In this document: piece by piece, positions 18,708 through 26,932 of the stretch
How positions within the stretch are numbered: the first letter of the stretch is position 1
Layout of the letters: the number at the start of each line of letters is the position of its first letter
From: Candidatus Pyrohabitans jungbluthii
GTDB taxonomy: Archaea > Hydrothermarchaeota > Hydrothermarchaeia > Hydrothermarchaeales > BMS3B
Assembly: GCA_002010065.2 (NCBI GenBank)
Contig: MTMD02000002.1
Coordinates: forward strand, 64,001 to 128,000
Direction of reading: 5' to 3'
Length of the DNA stretch: 64,000 nt
The notes under the pieces: model-generated
The model's database searches: none
What the model saw: the letters and a program-made list of their open reading frames with translations, nothing else
What the model was told of the DNA's origin: nothing
Made by a program: the position numbers and the translations under genes

Positions 18708-19286
18708 CTACCTTCTCAGCGCCCTCCAGCAGGAATCAAGAGTCTCATCCACATAATTTAAAAGGCTGTCCCGAATAACACCGTCCAGCTTTAGGGTTAT
18801 CAGCCTGATTGGAAGCCCCATTAAAGTTGCAGTTGCCAGCAGGGGGTCCATTTCCCTGATTTCCCCCTTTACAATGGCATCCGATACTATTTCCATGATA
18901 TAGTCAAATGGTTTAGAGGAACAGATAGTGCGGTTGTCCCTCAGGATTTCTCTGTGCTTTACATACAGGGCATACTCCATAATATCTGGGTACTCATCGG
19001 TAAGCCTGTAGAATACTTCAATAATCCTCCTGAATTTCTCTTTAACATCTTTTTCATCGCCGAGTGCCTCTTTCAGGTTTTTCATGAGAAACTGTACTGT
19101 ATCGTTGTAGAGGTACTCCGCAATATCTTCTTTTCCGTCAAAGTAGTGATATATCGCCCCTATGCTTAGCCCAGCCTCCCGCGAGATGTCCCGAATGGAG
19201 GTGTTAAAATACCCCTTTCTTGTGAAAAGTCTCCGGGCAGTTTTAATGATTTTACCTTTTGTTTCTGTGTCCATCTGAGACCTCAT
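18708..19286 (-). CDS. TetR/AcrR family transcriptional regulator
   Basis: IIKTARRLF..KGY.NTSIRDI...AGLSIGAIYHYF.GKE HTH. Confidence 0.93.
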   Translation of the reverse strand: MRSQMDTETKGKIIKTARRLFTRKGYFNTSIRDISREAGLSIGAIYHYFDGKEDIAEYLYNDTVQFLMKNLKEALGDEKDVKEKFRRIIEVFYRLTDEYPDIMEYALYVKHREILRDNRTICSSKPFDYIMEIVSDAIVKGEIREMDPLLATATLMGLPIRLITLKLDGVIRDSLLNYVDETLDSCWRALRR

Positions 19287-19364
19287 TTGTCTTACACCAG
19301 GTGGAGGTGCGAAATAATAACTTCTTCTAAAGGTTTGAGCAATTAAGAATAAAAATATTATGCG

Positions 19365-20264
19365 CTAGTCAATCATCCCGCCGGCACGCATCGCTCGCCG
19401 TGCTTTCTCAGCTATCTCCTCAGGCACGCGAACCTCTGGTGCGAGGTCTTCAAGGCACCACAACACCTTGGCGGCGTCGGTCAGCTTGTGGTTGCTGCAG
19501 CTTGCGCGCTCACTGGGGAAGTAGAATCGCTTTTCAGGAAACTCCCTCTCAAGGCGGTGCTTCATTCCTATCTCAGTGGCGACGATGAACTCCTCGCTGG
19601 GCGAGGCTCTGATGTGCTCCACCATTTGCTGTGTGTCAAGCACGTGGTCCGCGAGCGCAATCACGTCGCCCCTGCACTGAGGATGGACGAGCACCTCTGC
19701 ATTAGCGTGAGCCTCCTTAAGCCTTGAGACCTCACTGGCGAGAATACGCACATGGGGCGGACAGTACCCTTCAGCGATGATTAAATCTTTGCCGCTGGTG
19801 TTGCGGAGATAGCTCCCCACGTACTGGTCGGGCAGGAATATCGCCTTTTCGTTGAGTTCTGAGAGCACGCGAAGCGCTTTGCTGTGGTTGCATATGTAGT
19901 CGCACGCAGCATACTGCTCTGCCCTGGCTTTAATGTAGCCAACAACCTTCGCCTCGGGTGAGCGTTCTTTAATGCCCGCGATCTGCTCCACGCTCACCAT
20001 AGCCACCATGGGGCAGCGCGCCTCAGCGCTGGGAATGAGCACCTTCTTGTCAGGATTTAAAATCGCAATAAGCTCCGCCATGAAATCAATGCCGCACGCC
20101 ACAACCACGCTTGCATTGCTCTTCTGGGCAAAAAGGGCACATTCGAATTTATTCCCCACGAAGTCCGCTAAGTCCTGCACATCACCGGGTTGAAAATTGT
20201 GCGCCACTATTATGGCGTTGTGCTCCTCCTTGAGCTTCTCAATCCTGCGCTCAAGCTTAGCTAT
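19365..20264 (-). CDS. Divergent quinolinate synthase (NadA)-fold Fe-S protein, probable ATA start
   Basis: NAIIVAHNFQ, CGIDFMAE, three cluster Cys (ARCPM, YCPPH, SCSNH), HPQC, ATE.GM; frame extends upstream of the tracked GTG to an ATA overlapping the preceding stop. Confidence 0.8.
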   Translation of the reverse strand: MAKLERRIEKLKEEHNAIIVAHNFQPGDVQDLADFVGNKFECALFAQKSNASVVVACGIDFMAELIAILNPDKKVLIPSAEARCPMVAMVSVEQIAGIKERSPEAKVVGYIKARAEQYAACDYICNHSKALRVLSELNEKAIFLPDQYVGSYLRNTSGKDLIIAEGYCPPHVRILASEVSRLKEAHANAEVLVHPQCRGDVIALADHVLDTQQMVEHIRASPSEEFIVATEIGMKHRLEREFPEKRFYFPSERASCSNHKLTDAAKVLWCLEDLAPEVRVPEEIAEKARRAMRAGGMID

Positions 20265-20634
20265 ACTCCTGCCCCCTGTAGTTGGCGATCGCCTTCTTCA
20301 GAGCGCGCACGCCAACTTCCTTGCAGCACCTGTTTATCTCAGGTAAGCCCCCCGCGGCGCGCTCTATATCGGCTAAGCCAAGCTCAGCCGCCTCCTTCAC
20401 GCTCTTACCCTCTGCCAGGCTTGCCAGTATTTCGCTGCTTGCTATGGCGGCGGCGCAGTTGTACGCCTGGAAGCGCGCCTCCTTTATCACGTCACCCTCA
20501 ACTTTGATGTAAAACTCCACCTCGTCGTCGCAGAGGGGGTGTACTTCTTTGCCCACGCCGCTGGCATCGCTCAGCATGCCCTCATGCCTAGCCTCGCGAA
20601 GTATTCGAGCGACCTCTTCACCCCTCAGAGGCAT
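20257..20634 (-). CDS. Divergent IscU/NifU-like scaffold paralog
   Basis: PLCDD, FQAYNCAAAIASSE, GGLPEINRCC. Confidence 0.85.
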   Translation of the reverse strand: MPLRGEEVARILREARHEGMLSDASGVGKEVHPLCDDEVEFYIKVEGDVIKEARFQAYNCAAAIASSEILASLAEGKSVKEAAELGLADIERAAGGLPEINRCCKEVGVRALKKAIANYRGQEYS

Positions 20635-21025
20635 CTCCCTTCCCCGCTTTTTTCTTCTTGTAGTCCTCGATTGCTGCCTTCAAGCCATCGCTGGCGAGAA
20701 GCGAGCAGTGCATCTTTATCGGCGGGAGCCCGCCAACCGCGTCGGCGACATCCTCTTTGCTTATCTTCGCCGCCTCCTCCAGGGTTTTGCCCTTGGCAAG
20801 CTCCGTCACCATGCTACTCGTGCCTATTGCTGCGGCACAGCCAAAGGTCTCAAACTTTATGTCCTCGATTATCTCCTCGCCCTTTTCGTTCTTCCCGACT
20901 TTAATGTAGATGTACATCACGTCCCCGCACGCGGGGTTTCCCACCTTGCCCACGCCGTCGGGGTTCTCCATCCTCCCCATATTCCTGGGGTTTCTAAAGT
21001 GGTCTATCAAGGTTTTGCTATACAT
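20618..21025 (-). CDS. iscU: Fe-S cluster scaffold IscU/NifU
   Basis: YS...DHFRNPRNMG, GNPACGD, FETFGCAAAI, LPPIKMHC. Confidence 0.95.
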   Translation of the reverse strand: MYSKTLIDHFRNPRNMGRMENPDGVGKVGNPACGDVMYIYIKVGKNEKGEEIIEDIKFETFGCAAAIGTSSMVTELAKGKTLEEAAKISKEDVADAVGGLPPIKMHCSLLASDGLKAAIEDYKKKKAGKGDASEG

Positions 21026-22229
21026 GGCAGTGCTCGCCTCCTTTCCATTCTGTTCCCTCTACGTAATCCTCAAAGCTGTCCTTAAATGGCGATATATCGC
21101 GCAGGCGCTTAACCACGCGGGGCAGGACTTCAAGCAGGCGCTGCACATCTTCGCGGGTGGAAAACCTGCCAAGCGTGACGCGAAGCGAACCATGCGCCTC
21201 GGCGTGGCTCAGCCCTATCGCCGTTAAAACATGGCTCGGCTCAAGCGTTGGCGAGGAGCACGCGCTGCCTGTGCTCGCGCTTATGCCCTCGAAGTCCAGC
21301 TCCAGTATCAACCCCTCGCCCTCTATGAATGCAAAGGCGAAGTTCGCGTTGCCGGGGAGGCGCTGCTTGGGATGCCCGTTTAAGCGGGTGCGCGGTATCT
21401 TCAGCACCTCCTTAATAAGCTCGTCTCGAAGTTTTGTCAGGCGCTCCGTTTCGTCCTTCATCTCTTTCTTCGCTATCTCCGCTGCCTTGCCAAAGCCAAC
21501 TATGCCGGGGACGTTCTCAGTGCCGGAGCGCAGCTTTCTCTCCTGCCCGCCTCCATGAAACAGGGGCTCAAGTCTTGTGCCCCTAGCTACGAAGAGGGCG
21601 CCTATGCCCTTGGGACCATACATCTTGTGTGCACTCATGGCGAGCATGTCCACGCCAAGCTCTTCAACGTCTATCGCCACCTGACCGTTGCTTATGCACG
21701 CGTCGCTGAAGAAGGCAACGCCCTTATCCTGCGCCACCTCCGCAAGCTCCTTTATGGGCTCTATTGTACCTATCTCGTTGTTTGCGTGGTTGATTATGGC
21801 TAAGATGGTATCGCTGTTAATTGCATCCTCCAGCGTCTCGGGCTTAACGAGACCATATTCGTCCACATCTAGGTAAGAAACCTCAAACCCCTGCTTCTCG
21901 AGCCAACGGCACGCCTCAAGCACAGCAAAGTGCTCTATCTTGGAAACAACTATATGCTTTCCCTTGTTCTTATTCTTCAGCGCAAACCCCTTTATGGCAA
22001 GGTTGCACGCCTCTGTGCCGCCAGAGGTGAAGATTATCTCCTCGGGCGAGGCGTTTATCAGCTCAGCAACCTTAGCTCGAGCCTCCTCTACGGCTGCCTT
22101 TGCCTCCTGCCCAAATGAGTAAAAGCTGGTTGGGTTGCCGTACTTCTCAGTGAAGTAGGGCAGCATCGCCTCAACCACGCGTTCGTCCACCGGCGTAGTC
22201 GAGGCGTAGTCGAGGTACACTCTCCTCAT
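21018..22229 (-). CDS. iscS: Cysteine desulfurase IscS/NifS
   Basis: YLDYASTTP, FTSGGTE, SAHKMYGPKG (PLP Lys), STGSACSS (catalytic Cys). Confidence 0.95.
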   Translation of the reverse strand: MRRVYLDYASTTPVDERVVEAMLPYFTEKYGNPTSFYSFGQEAKAAVEEARAKVAELINASPEEIIFTSGGTEACNLAIKGFALKNKNKGKHIVVSKIEHFAVLEACRWLEKQGFEVSYLDVDEYGLVKPETLEDAINSDTILAIINHANNEIGTIEPIKELAEVAQDKGVAFFSDACISNGQVAIDVEELGVDMLAMSAHKMYGPKGIGALFVARGTRLEPLFHGGGQERKLRSGTENVPGIVGFGKAAEIAKKEMKDETERLTKLRDELIKEVLKIPRTRLNGHPKQRLPGNANFAFAFIEGEGLILELDFEGISASTGSACSSPTLEPSHVLTAIGLSHAEAHGSLRVTLGRFSTREDVQRLLEVLPRVVKRLRDISPFKDSFEDYVEGTEWKGGEHCHV

Positions 22230-22230
22230 C

Positions 22231-22461
22231 TTAAACTTTCCTCCTTATGTACGCTTTTATTATCCCGCCTTCTCGCGCATAGCCAAGATACTCGTTCCCG
22301 GTTACACGGCACCAGGCAGGGAGGTCTTCAATTATATCTTCGTCGTCTGCAACTATCTCCAGAACTTCCCCGACGGCAAGCTTTTGCAAAGCTTCGCCAG
22401 CCTTTGCGAGAGGCACAGGGCAGTGCATACCCACGCAGTCCACGCTGAGCTTTGCCTTCAT
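22231..22461 (-). CDS. tusA: TusA family sulfur carrier (second copy)
   Basis: DCVGMHCPVP, IVADD...DLPAWC..TGNE. Confidence 0.9.
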   Translation of the reverse strand: MKAKLSVDCVGMHCPVPLAKAGEALQKLAVGEVLEIVADDEDIIEDLPAWCRVTGNEYLGYAREGGIIKAYIRRKV

Positions 22462-23594
22462 CTCTCCCGCAACCTGTTTATAACCTCCCCCGCCTCCTGC
22501 GCAACCCGCGCTACGTCTGCCTCGCTCGTGGGGATGCCGAAGGAGAAGAGCATGGCACCGCGGATTAGCTCCTGGGATAAGCCCATCGCCGCAAGCACGT
22601 GGCTCGCCTTCGCTGCTCGAGCCATGCAGGGCGAACCCGAGGTTATGTATATTCCTCGTGAGCTGAGCTCAGCCACGACAGCCTCGCCCTCTACCCCAGG
22701 GACGCTAATGTGCACATACATGGGGTTAACTTCGCTCGGGTGCCCGTTTATCTTGGCTTCGGGCACCTCACGGCGCAGCGCCTCTATAAACTTGCTCCTC
22801 AGCGTGCGCAGCTTCTCTAGGCGCTGCGACATCTCCCTCTCAGCCAGCTCTGCTGCCTTTCCCATGCCCACTATTCCTGCGACGTTTTCGGTGCCCGCTC
22901 TGTAACCGCGCTCTTGTATGCCGCCCTCTATCTGGGGCAGAAGCCTTACTCCACGAGCTAAATAAAGCGCTCCCACACCCTTAGGGCCATAGAAGCGGTG
23001 CGCCGAAAGGGTGTAGATATCTACGCCCAGCTCTTCCACCTTAGCGGGCACTATGCCAGCGGCGCTGACGCCGTCGCAGTGAAATGTTATCCCCCGCTCC
23101 TCGGCGATTTCGGCAATCTCCTTAATCGGCTGGAGGGTGCCCACCTCGTGGTTGGCGTGCTGCACAGAGATTAAAATCGTGTCGTCGCGAATCGCCTTCT
23201 CAAGCTCCTCCACGTTAACGCGGCCGTGCTCGTCAACGCCCACGCGGGTAACCTGCACCCCCTCGCGGGCTAAGCTCTGGAGCGGATGCATTATGGAGTA
23301 GTGCTCCACCGCAGAGATAACCACATGCCTCCCCCTCGCCTTATTAGCCTGAATCACGCCTTTAATCGCTAAGTTGTTTGCCTCCGCCCCGCCGGAGGTG
23401 AAGACTATCTCCTCGCTCCTCGCCCCCAAAAGCTGGGCTACCTTCTCCCTTGCCCCCTCCACAGCGCGCCTCGCTTTGAGCGCAAAGTCGTGCAGATTGG
23501 AGGGGTTCGCGTAGAGCTCGTCGAAGTACGGAAGCATCTCCTGCTTTACCTCTTGCAGCACAGGAGTAGAAGAGGCGTAGTCTGCGTAAATCAT
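22458..23594 (-). CDS. IscS/NifS-like paralog with PLP-binding Lys replaced by Arg
   Basis: YADYASSTP, FTSGGAE, SAHRFYGPKG (CGC codon), TSGSPC; ATG at 23594 after GAGGAG. Confidence 0.88.
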   Translation of the reverse strand: MIYADYASSTPVLQEVKQEMLPYFDELYANPSNLHDFALKARRAVEGAREKVAQLLGARSEEIVFTSGGAEANNLAIKGVIQANKARGRHVVISAVEHYSIMHPLQSLAREGVQVTRVGVDEHGRVNVEELEKAIRDDTILISVQHANHEVGTLQPIKEIAEIAEERGITFHCDGVSAAGIVPAKVEELGVDIYTLSAHRFYGPKGVGALYLARGVRLLPQIEGGIQERGYRAGTENVAGIVGMGKAAELAEREMSQRLEKLRTLRSKFIEALRREVPEAKINGHPSEVNPMYVHISVPGVEGEAVVAELSSRGIYITSGSPCMARAAKASHVLAAMGLSQELIRGAMLFSFGIPTSEADVARVAQEAGEVINRLRER

Positions 23595-23677
23595 TCTCCT
23601 CGCCTGAATAACGCTGCTCCTTCCCATCGCAAAATTGTTTGGAAAGGTTTAAGCAGCTTTAGTCAACATTCTGGTGC

Positions 23678-24493
23678 ATGCTCTACCTTATCCTCGCCTC
23701 ATTGATATGGGGAACCACGCCCATAGTGGCGAAGCTTGCGTATGCTCAGGGCATCTCACCCTTGGCGCTGGTCGAGGTGAGGCTTGTCGTGGGCGCGCTC
23801 CTCTTCGCCTTTTATCTCCGCAGCTTTCGCATGGAGCACCTCCTCAGTAAAGAGCTCCTCGCCCTCGCGCTTTTAGGCTTAGCCGCCAACTTCCTCTTCT
23901 ACCACTTGGCTGTGAAGCACACCTCTGCGGCGGCGGCGCAGGTGCTGGAAAGCACCTCCGTAGCCTTCGCTGCTCTCTTCGCCTACCTTCTGCGGGAGGA
24001 GAGGCTGAGCCAGCGCAAGCTCCTCGCCATAACCGCGAGCTTAGCAGGCTCAGCGCTTATATTCTACTCCCACGCCTCTGGTAGTAACCTGTTTGGCGAC
24101 ACCCTTGCAATTCTGGCGGCGCTAACCTGGGCGCTCTTCACTGTGCTTGCCTCACGTTTGCTTGCCTCGCTTCGCGAGGAGGAAGTGCTCCTGCTTGTCT
24201 TTACTATAGCTGCGCTCGCGTTGCTACCCTTCGCCGCAGCTTCGCCAGTGATAACCCTGAACGGCGCTTTGATTGCGTTTGCCATGGGGGCTGTGCACAC
24301 CTTCCTTGCCTACCTTCTCTACTTTCGGGGCATCGCGAGGGCGAAGGCTATTGCAGCTAGCATAGCTTTTGCTCTTTCGCCTGTGGTTGCGATAGCACTT
24401 TCTGCGCTACTCCTGCATGAGATGCTCACTCCAGCGTTTTACGCGGGCGCTGCTCTGATCATAGGCGGCATCCTCGTGGCAAGGGCGAGATAG
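23678..24493 (+). CDS. EamA/DMT family transporter
   Basis: About 10 hydrophobic helices in two repeats, IWG motif, E.L motifs. Confidence 0.9.
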   Translation: MLYLILASLIWGTTPIVAKLAYAQGISPLALVEVRLVVGALLFAFYLRSFRMEHLLSKELLALALLGLAANFLFYHLAVKHTSAAAAQVLESTSVAFAALFAYLLREERLSQRKLLAITASLAGSALIFYSHASGSNLFGDTLAILAALTWALFTVLASRLLASLREEEVLLLVFTIAALALLPFAAASPVITLNGALIAFAMGAVHTFLAYLLYFRGIARAKAIAASIAFALSPVVAIALSALLLHEMLTPAFYAGAALIIGGILVARAR

Positions 24494-24526
24494 CACTTTT
24501 CCAATGTTAGCCTCCTGCGCGGGGGC

Positions 24527-25672
24527 ATGGAGATAATCACCACCTTCCCCCGCGGTCTGCGCTACGCGTGCACACTCGAGAGCTGCTTCACCTGCTGCTC
24601 CCTCTTCGAGGACATCCCGGTTACCATCGAGGAGATAAAGCGGGTGAAGGCGCTGGGGTATAAGGATTTTTACGAGGCACGGAGCGGGCGATACTTCATA
24701 AAGAAGCCCTGCACCTTCCTTGAAGACAAGCTGTGCTCTCTTCACAGGGAGCACGGCAAAGCCAAGAAGTTCATGACCTGCCGCAAGTATCCTTTCTCGG
24801 CGAGCGTGCTTGACAACGGGAGCGTAATCGTCGACGTGAAGTGGACATGCCCTGGCGTGGGGTTTGAGGGTGGAGAGGAGATAACCGAGGCGCTGCTTAG
24901 AGAAGAGTTTCTGGAAGACCTTCTCAAAGGCGGAGCAGAGGAGATAAAGCGAGGCGAGGTGGTTTACCTGCACAGCCCGAGCGGGCAGCGCATCCCGTGG
25001 GGAGCGCTTGTGAAGCTTCACTCAGGCATAGCCGAAGCCCTTGCTGGGGAGGGATTCTACGATACCCTGCTTTTGCTCACCGCTGCGGTGCGCCACCTGG
25101 GCAGCAACCTGGGTGGGAAGAGCTTTGTCTCCGAAAGCGACGCTGCCTCAGCCCTGGAAAGCTTCGAGGCGCGGTATCGCCAGGAGAGGGAGGCGTTGCT
25201 CCGCGAAGTAAAGGCGCAGGCACAGGTGGCGGTGGATATCCTTACAATATACGACTATTTTGATGAACTCTTTGAGTACGAGATTAACCCTGGCTACGCG
25301 GCGAAGAAACTGGGTATAGCAGAGGAGCTGGAGTTCGACGAGGACTTCGCCCGGCTCTTCTCCAAGCCTATATCCGCTGAAGCTCAGCGCTTGCTTGCCA
25401 TGCACACCAGGCAGAGCTTCATGGAGACTTTAGCAAGACCTTGGGATTTGCCCTCAGCCTACTTCTGGACCCTGGGCGTGGCCTGCGTCGCCGACTACTT
25501 AGCAAGGCTGCTTTCAAGCGATGAGGTTACCCGCGACGACGCGCGAAAGGCGCTCAGCATAGTGGACTTCCTCAACAAGCACTTCCGCTCCTTCCGCGAT
25601 TACTACTTCCCCCGCTACCCGGAGCTGGGAATGCAGTACCTGCAATTCCTGCTGGGTGGGGTGCTTGAATAG
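24527..25672 (+). CDS. YkgJ/CxxCC cysteine-cluster protein with helical C-terminal domain (FliB-like)
   Basis: C..SCFTCC, PCTFL..LCSLH...G..KFMTCRKYPF, WTCPG. Confidence 0.75.
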   Translation: MEIITTFPRGLRYACTLESCFTCCSLFEDIPVTIEEIKRVKALGYKDFYEARSGRYFIKKPCTFLEDKLCSLHREHGKAKKFMTCRKYPFSASVLDNGSVIVDVKWTCPGVGFEGGEEITEALLREEFLEDLLKGGAEEIKRGEVVYLHSPSGQRIPWGALVKLHSGIAEALAGEGFYDTLLLLTAAVRHLGSNLGGKSFVSESDAASALESFEARYRQEREALLREVKAQAQVAVDILTIYDYFDELFEYEINPGYAAKKLGIAEELEFDEDFARLFSKPISAEAQRLLAMHTRQSFMETLARPWDLPSAYFWTLGVACVADYLARLLSSDEVTRDDARKALSIVDFLNKHFRSFRDYYFPRYPELGMQYLQFLLGGVLE

Positions 25673-25706
25673 AAAATATTAAAAGTCACAGCGCAAAACT
25701 CTCCCC

Positions 25707-26690
25707 ATGCCAGTCGCTTGTTTCGATCTTGAGGGGCCACTCTCGCCGCAGGACAACGCGTACGAAGTTATGGGTCTCGTGGATAGGGGGAAGGAGATTT
25801 TTGAAGTTATAAGCAGGTACGACGATCTACTCACGCTGGCGAAGAGGCAGGGGTATGAGCCTGGCGATACGCTCAAGCTGATCGTACCCTTTTTGATATA
25901 TCACGGCATCACCGAGGAAGACATAGAGCGCGTTTCTAAGCGCGCAAAGGTGGTGAATGGAGCAAAGGAAACAATAGCGCATCTGCGCGAAGCCGGCTGG
26001 AAGGTGCACATAATTTCGACAAGCTATCAGCAGCACGCGTATAACATAGCGGAGCAGCTTGGCGTCGCCAGAGAAGACGTTGCGTGCACAAAGCTTGAGC
26101 TGAGCAAATATCGCAACGCCGCTGGTGTGGAGCTGGTTGCAGAGGTGGAGAAGACTATCCTTGAAAAGCTTTACCCGCGCATGCGCGACGATGAGATCGT
26201 CGCAACTCTGGACGACTTCTTCTTTAACAAGCTTCAGCGCACACAGCTTGGCAAAGTTTTCAACGAGGTTCGCGTGGTCGGAGGCAGGCGCAAGGTTGAG
26301 GCTATGCTCGGCTTTCTTAAAAGGCATAACGCAAAGCTCAGCGACTGCGCAGCCATAGGCGACAGCATCACCGACTTTAAGATGCTCCGCGAGGTAAGCA
26401 GCGGCGGGGGCATTGCCATAGCGTTTAATGGAAATGAATACTCCCTGCCATACTGCGACGTCGCTATTGCTGCTCGCGATTTGCGTGCCCTTCTCCCTGT
26501 TATGGACGCCTTCGCCTCTGGTGGCAGAAGCGAGGCGCTTGAGGCGGCGCGCAAGCTTCAAAGCAGTGGAGATGATGAGGTGGAATATACGCTGTTCCCC
26601 GCTGCCAGCGACGAGAAGCTAAAGCTCACTCTTGAAGTGCACAAACGCTTTAGGGCGCTGGTTAGAGGCGATGCCGCAAAGCTGGGGTGA
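25707..26690 (+). CDS. HAD-family phosphohydrolase (EhaR/COG4030-like)
   Basis: FDLEGPLSPQDNAYE, ISTSY, GG.RK, IGDSITD, AFNGNEY. Confidence 0.85.
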   Translation: MPVACFDLEGPLSPQDNAYEVMGLVDRGKEIFEVISRYDDLLTLAKRQGYEPGDTLKLIVPFLIYHGITEEDIERVSKRAKVVNGAKETIAHLREAGWKVHIISTSYQQHAYNIAEQLGVAREDVACTKLELSKYRNAAGVELVAEVEKTILEKLYPRMRDDEIVATLDDFFFNKLQRTQLGKVFNEVRVVGGRRKVEAMLGFLKRHNAKLSDCAAIGDSITDFKMLREVSSGGGIAIAFNGNEYSLPYCDVAIAARDLRALLPVMDAFASGGRSEALEAARKLQSSGDDEVEYTLFPAASDEKLKLTLEVHKRFRALVRGDAAKLG

Positions 26691-26691
26691 G

Positions 26692-26799
26692 TCAACACTC
26701 CTCCGACACCCTCACCACGGTCATGCCCGGCAGCAGCCCAACTGTTAGAGCAACCTCTCTGAACTTGTCCATAAACTCCTCTACAATTTTTCTGCTCAC
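26692..26799 (-). CDS. 35-aa micro-ORF, absent from the ORF track
   Basis: GTG after strong AGGAGGGGGT leader: MSRKIVEEFMDKFREVALTVGLLPGMTVVRVSEEC*. Confidence 0.5.
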   Translation of the reverse strand: MSRKIVEEFMDKFREVALTVGLLPGMTVVRVSEEC

Positions 26800-26872
26800 A
26801 CTACCCCCTCCTATGGACGTGCACGCACTCATAGTAATAATATTCAATATACTTTCACATATTTAAAACTTT

Positions 26873-26890
26873 TGTGAATGTATATTCACA
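26873..26890. promoter_or_regulatory. Operator-like inverted repeat in divergent promoter
   Basis: TGTGAAT-gtat-ATTCACA in the AT-rich gap between the micro-ORF and the rSAM gene. Confidence 0.5.
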
Positions 26891-26932
26891 TAATAAAAAT
26901 CTCTGCCCAGGTGTGGGTTGATTTAAAAAGTC

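Noticed and set aside
25827-26561. Long antisense ORFs (also 15797-16441, 24407-25021, 48008-48643 and many others)
   Set aside because: These are shadow frames opposite well-supported genes, as expected from codon bias in GC-rich coding DNA.
26692-26694. Selenocysteine read-through after the terminal Cys of the micro-ORF, or Sec/Pyl recoding in general
   Set aside because: Read-through would enter the convergent HAD gene, no SECIS-like element was seen, and TGA and TAG end many full-length conserved genes in this window.
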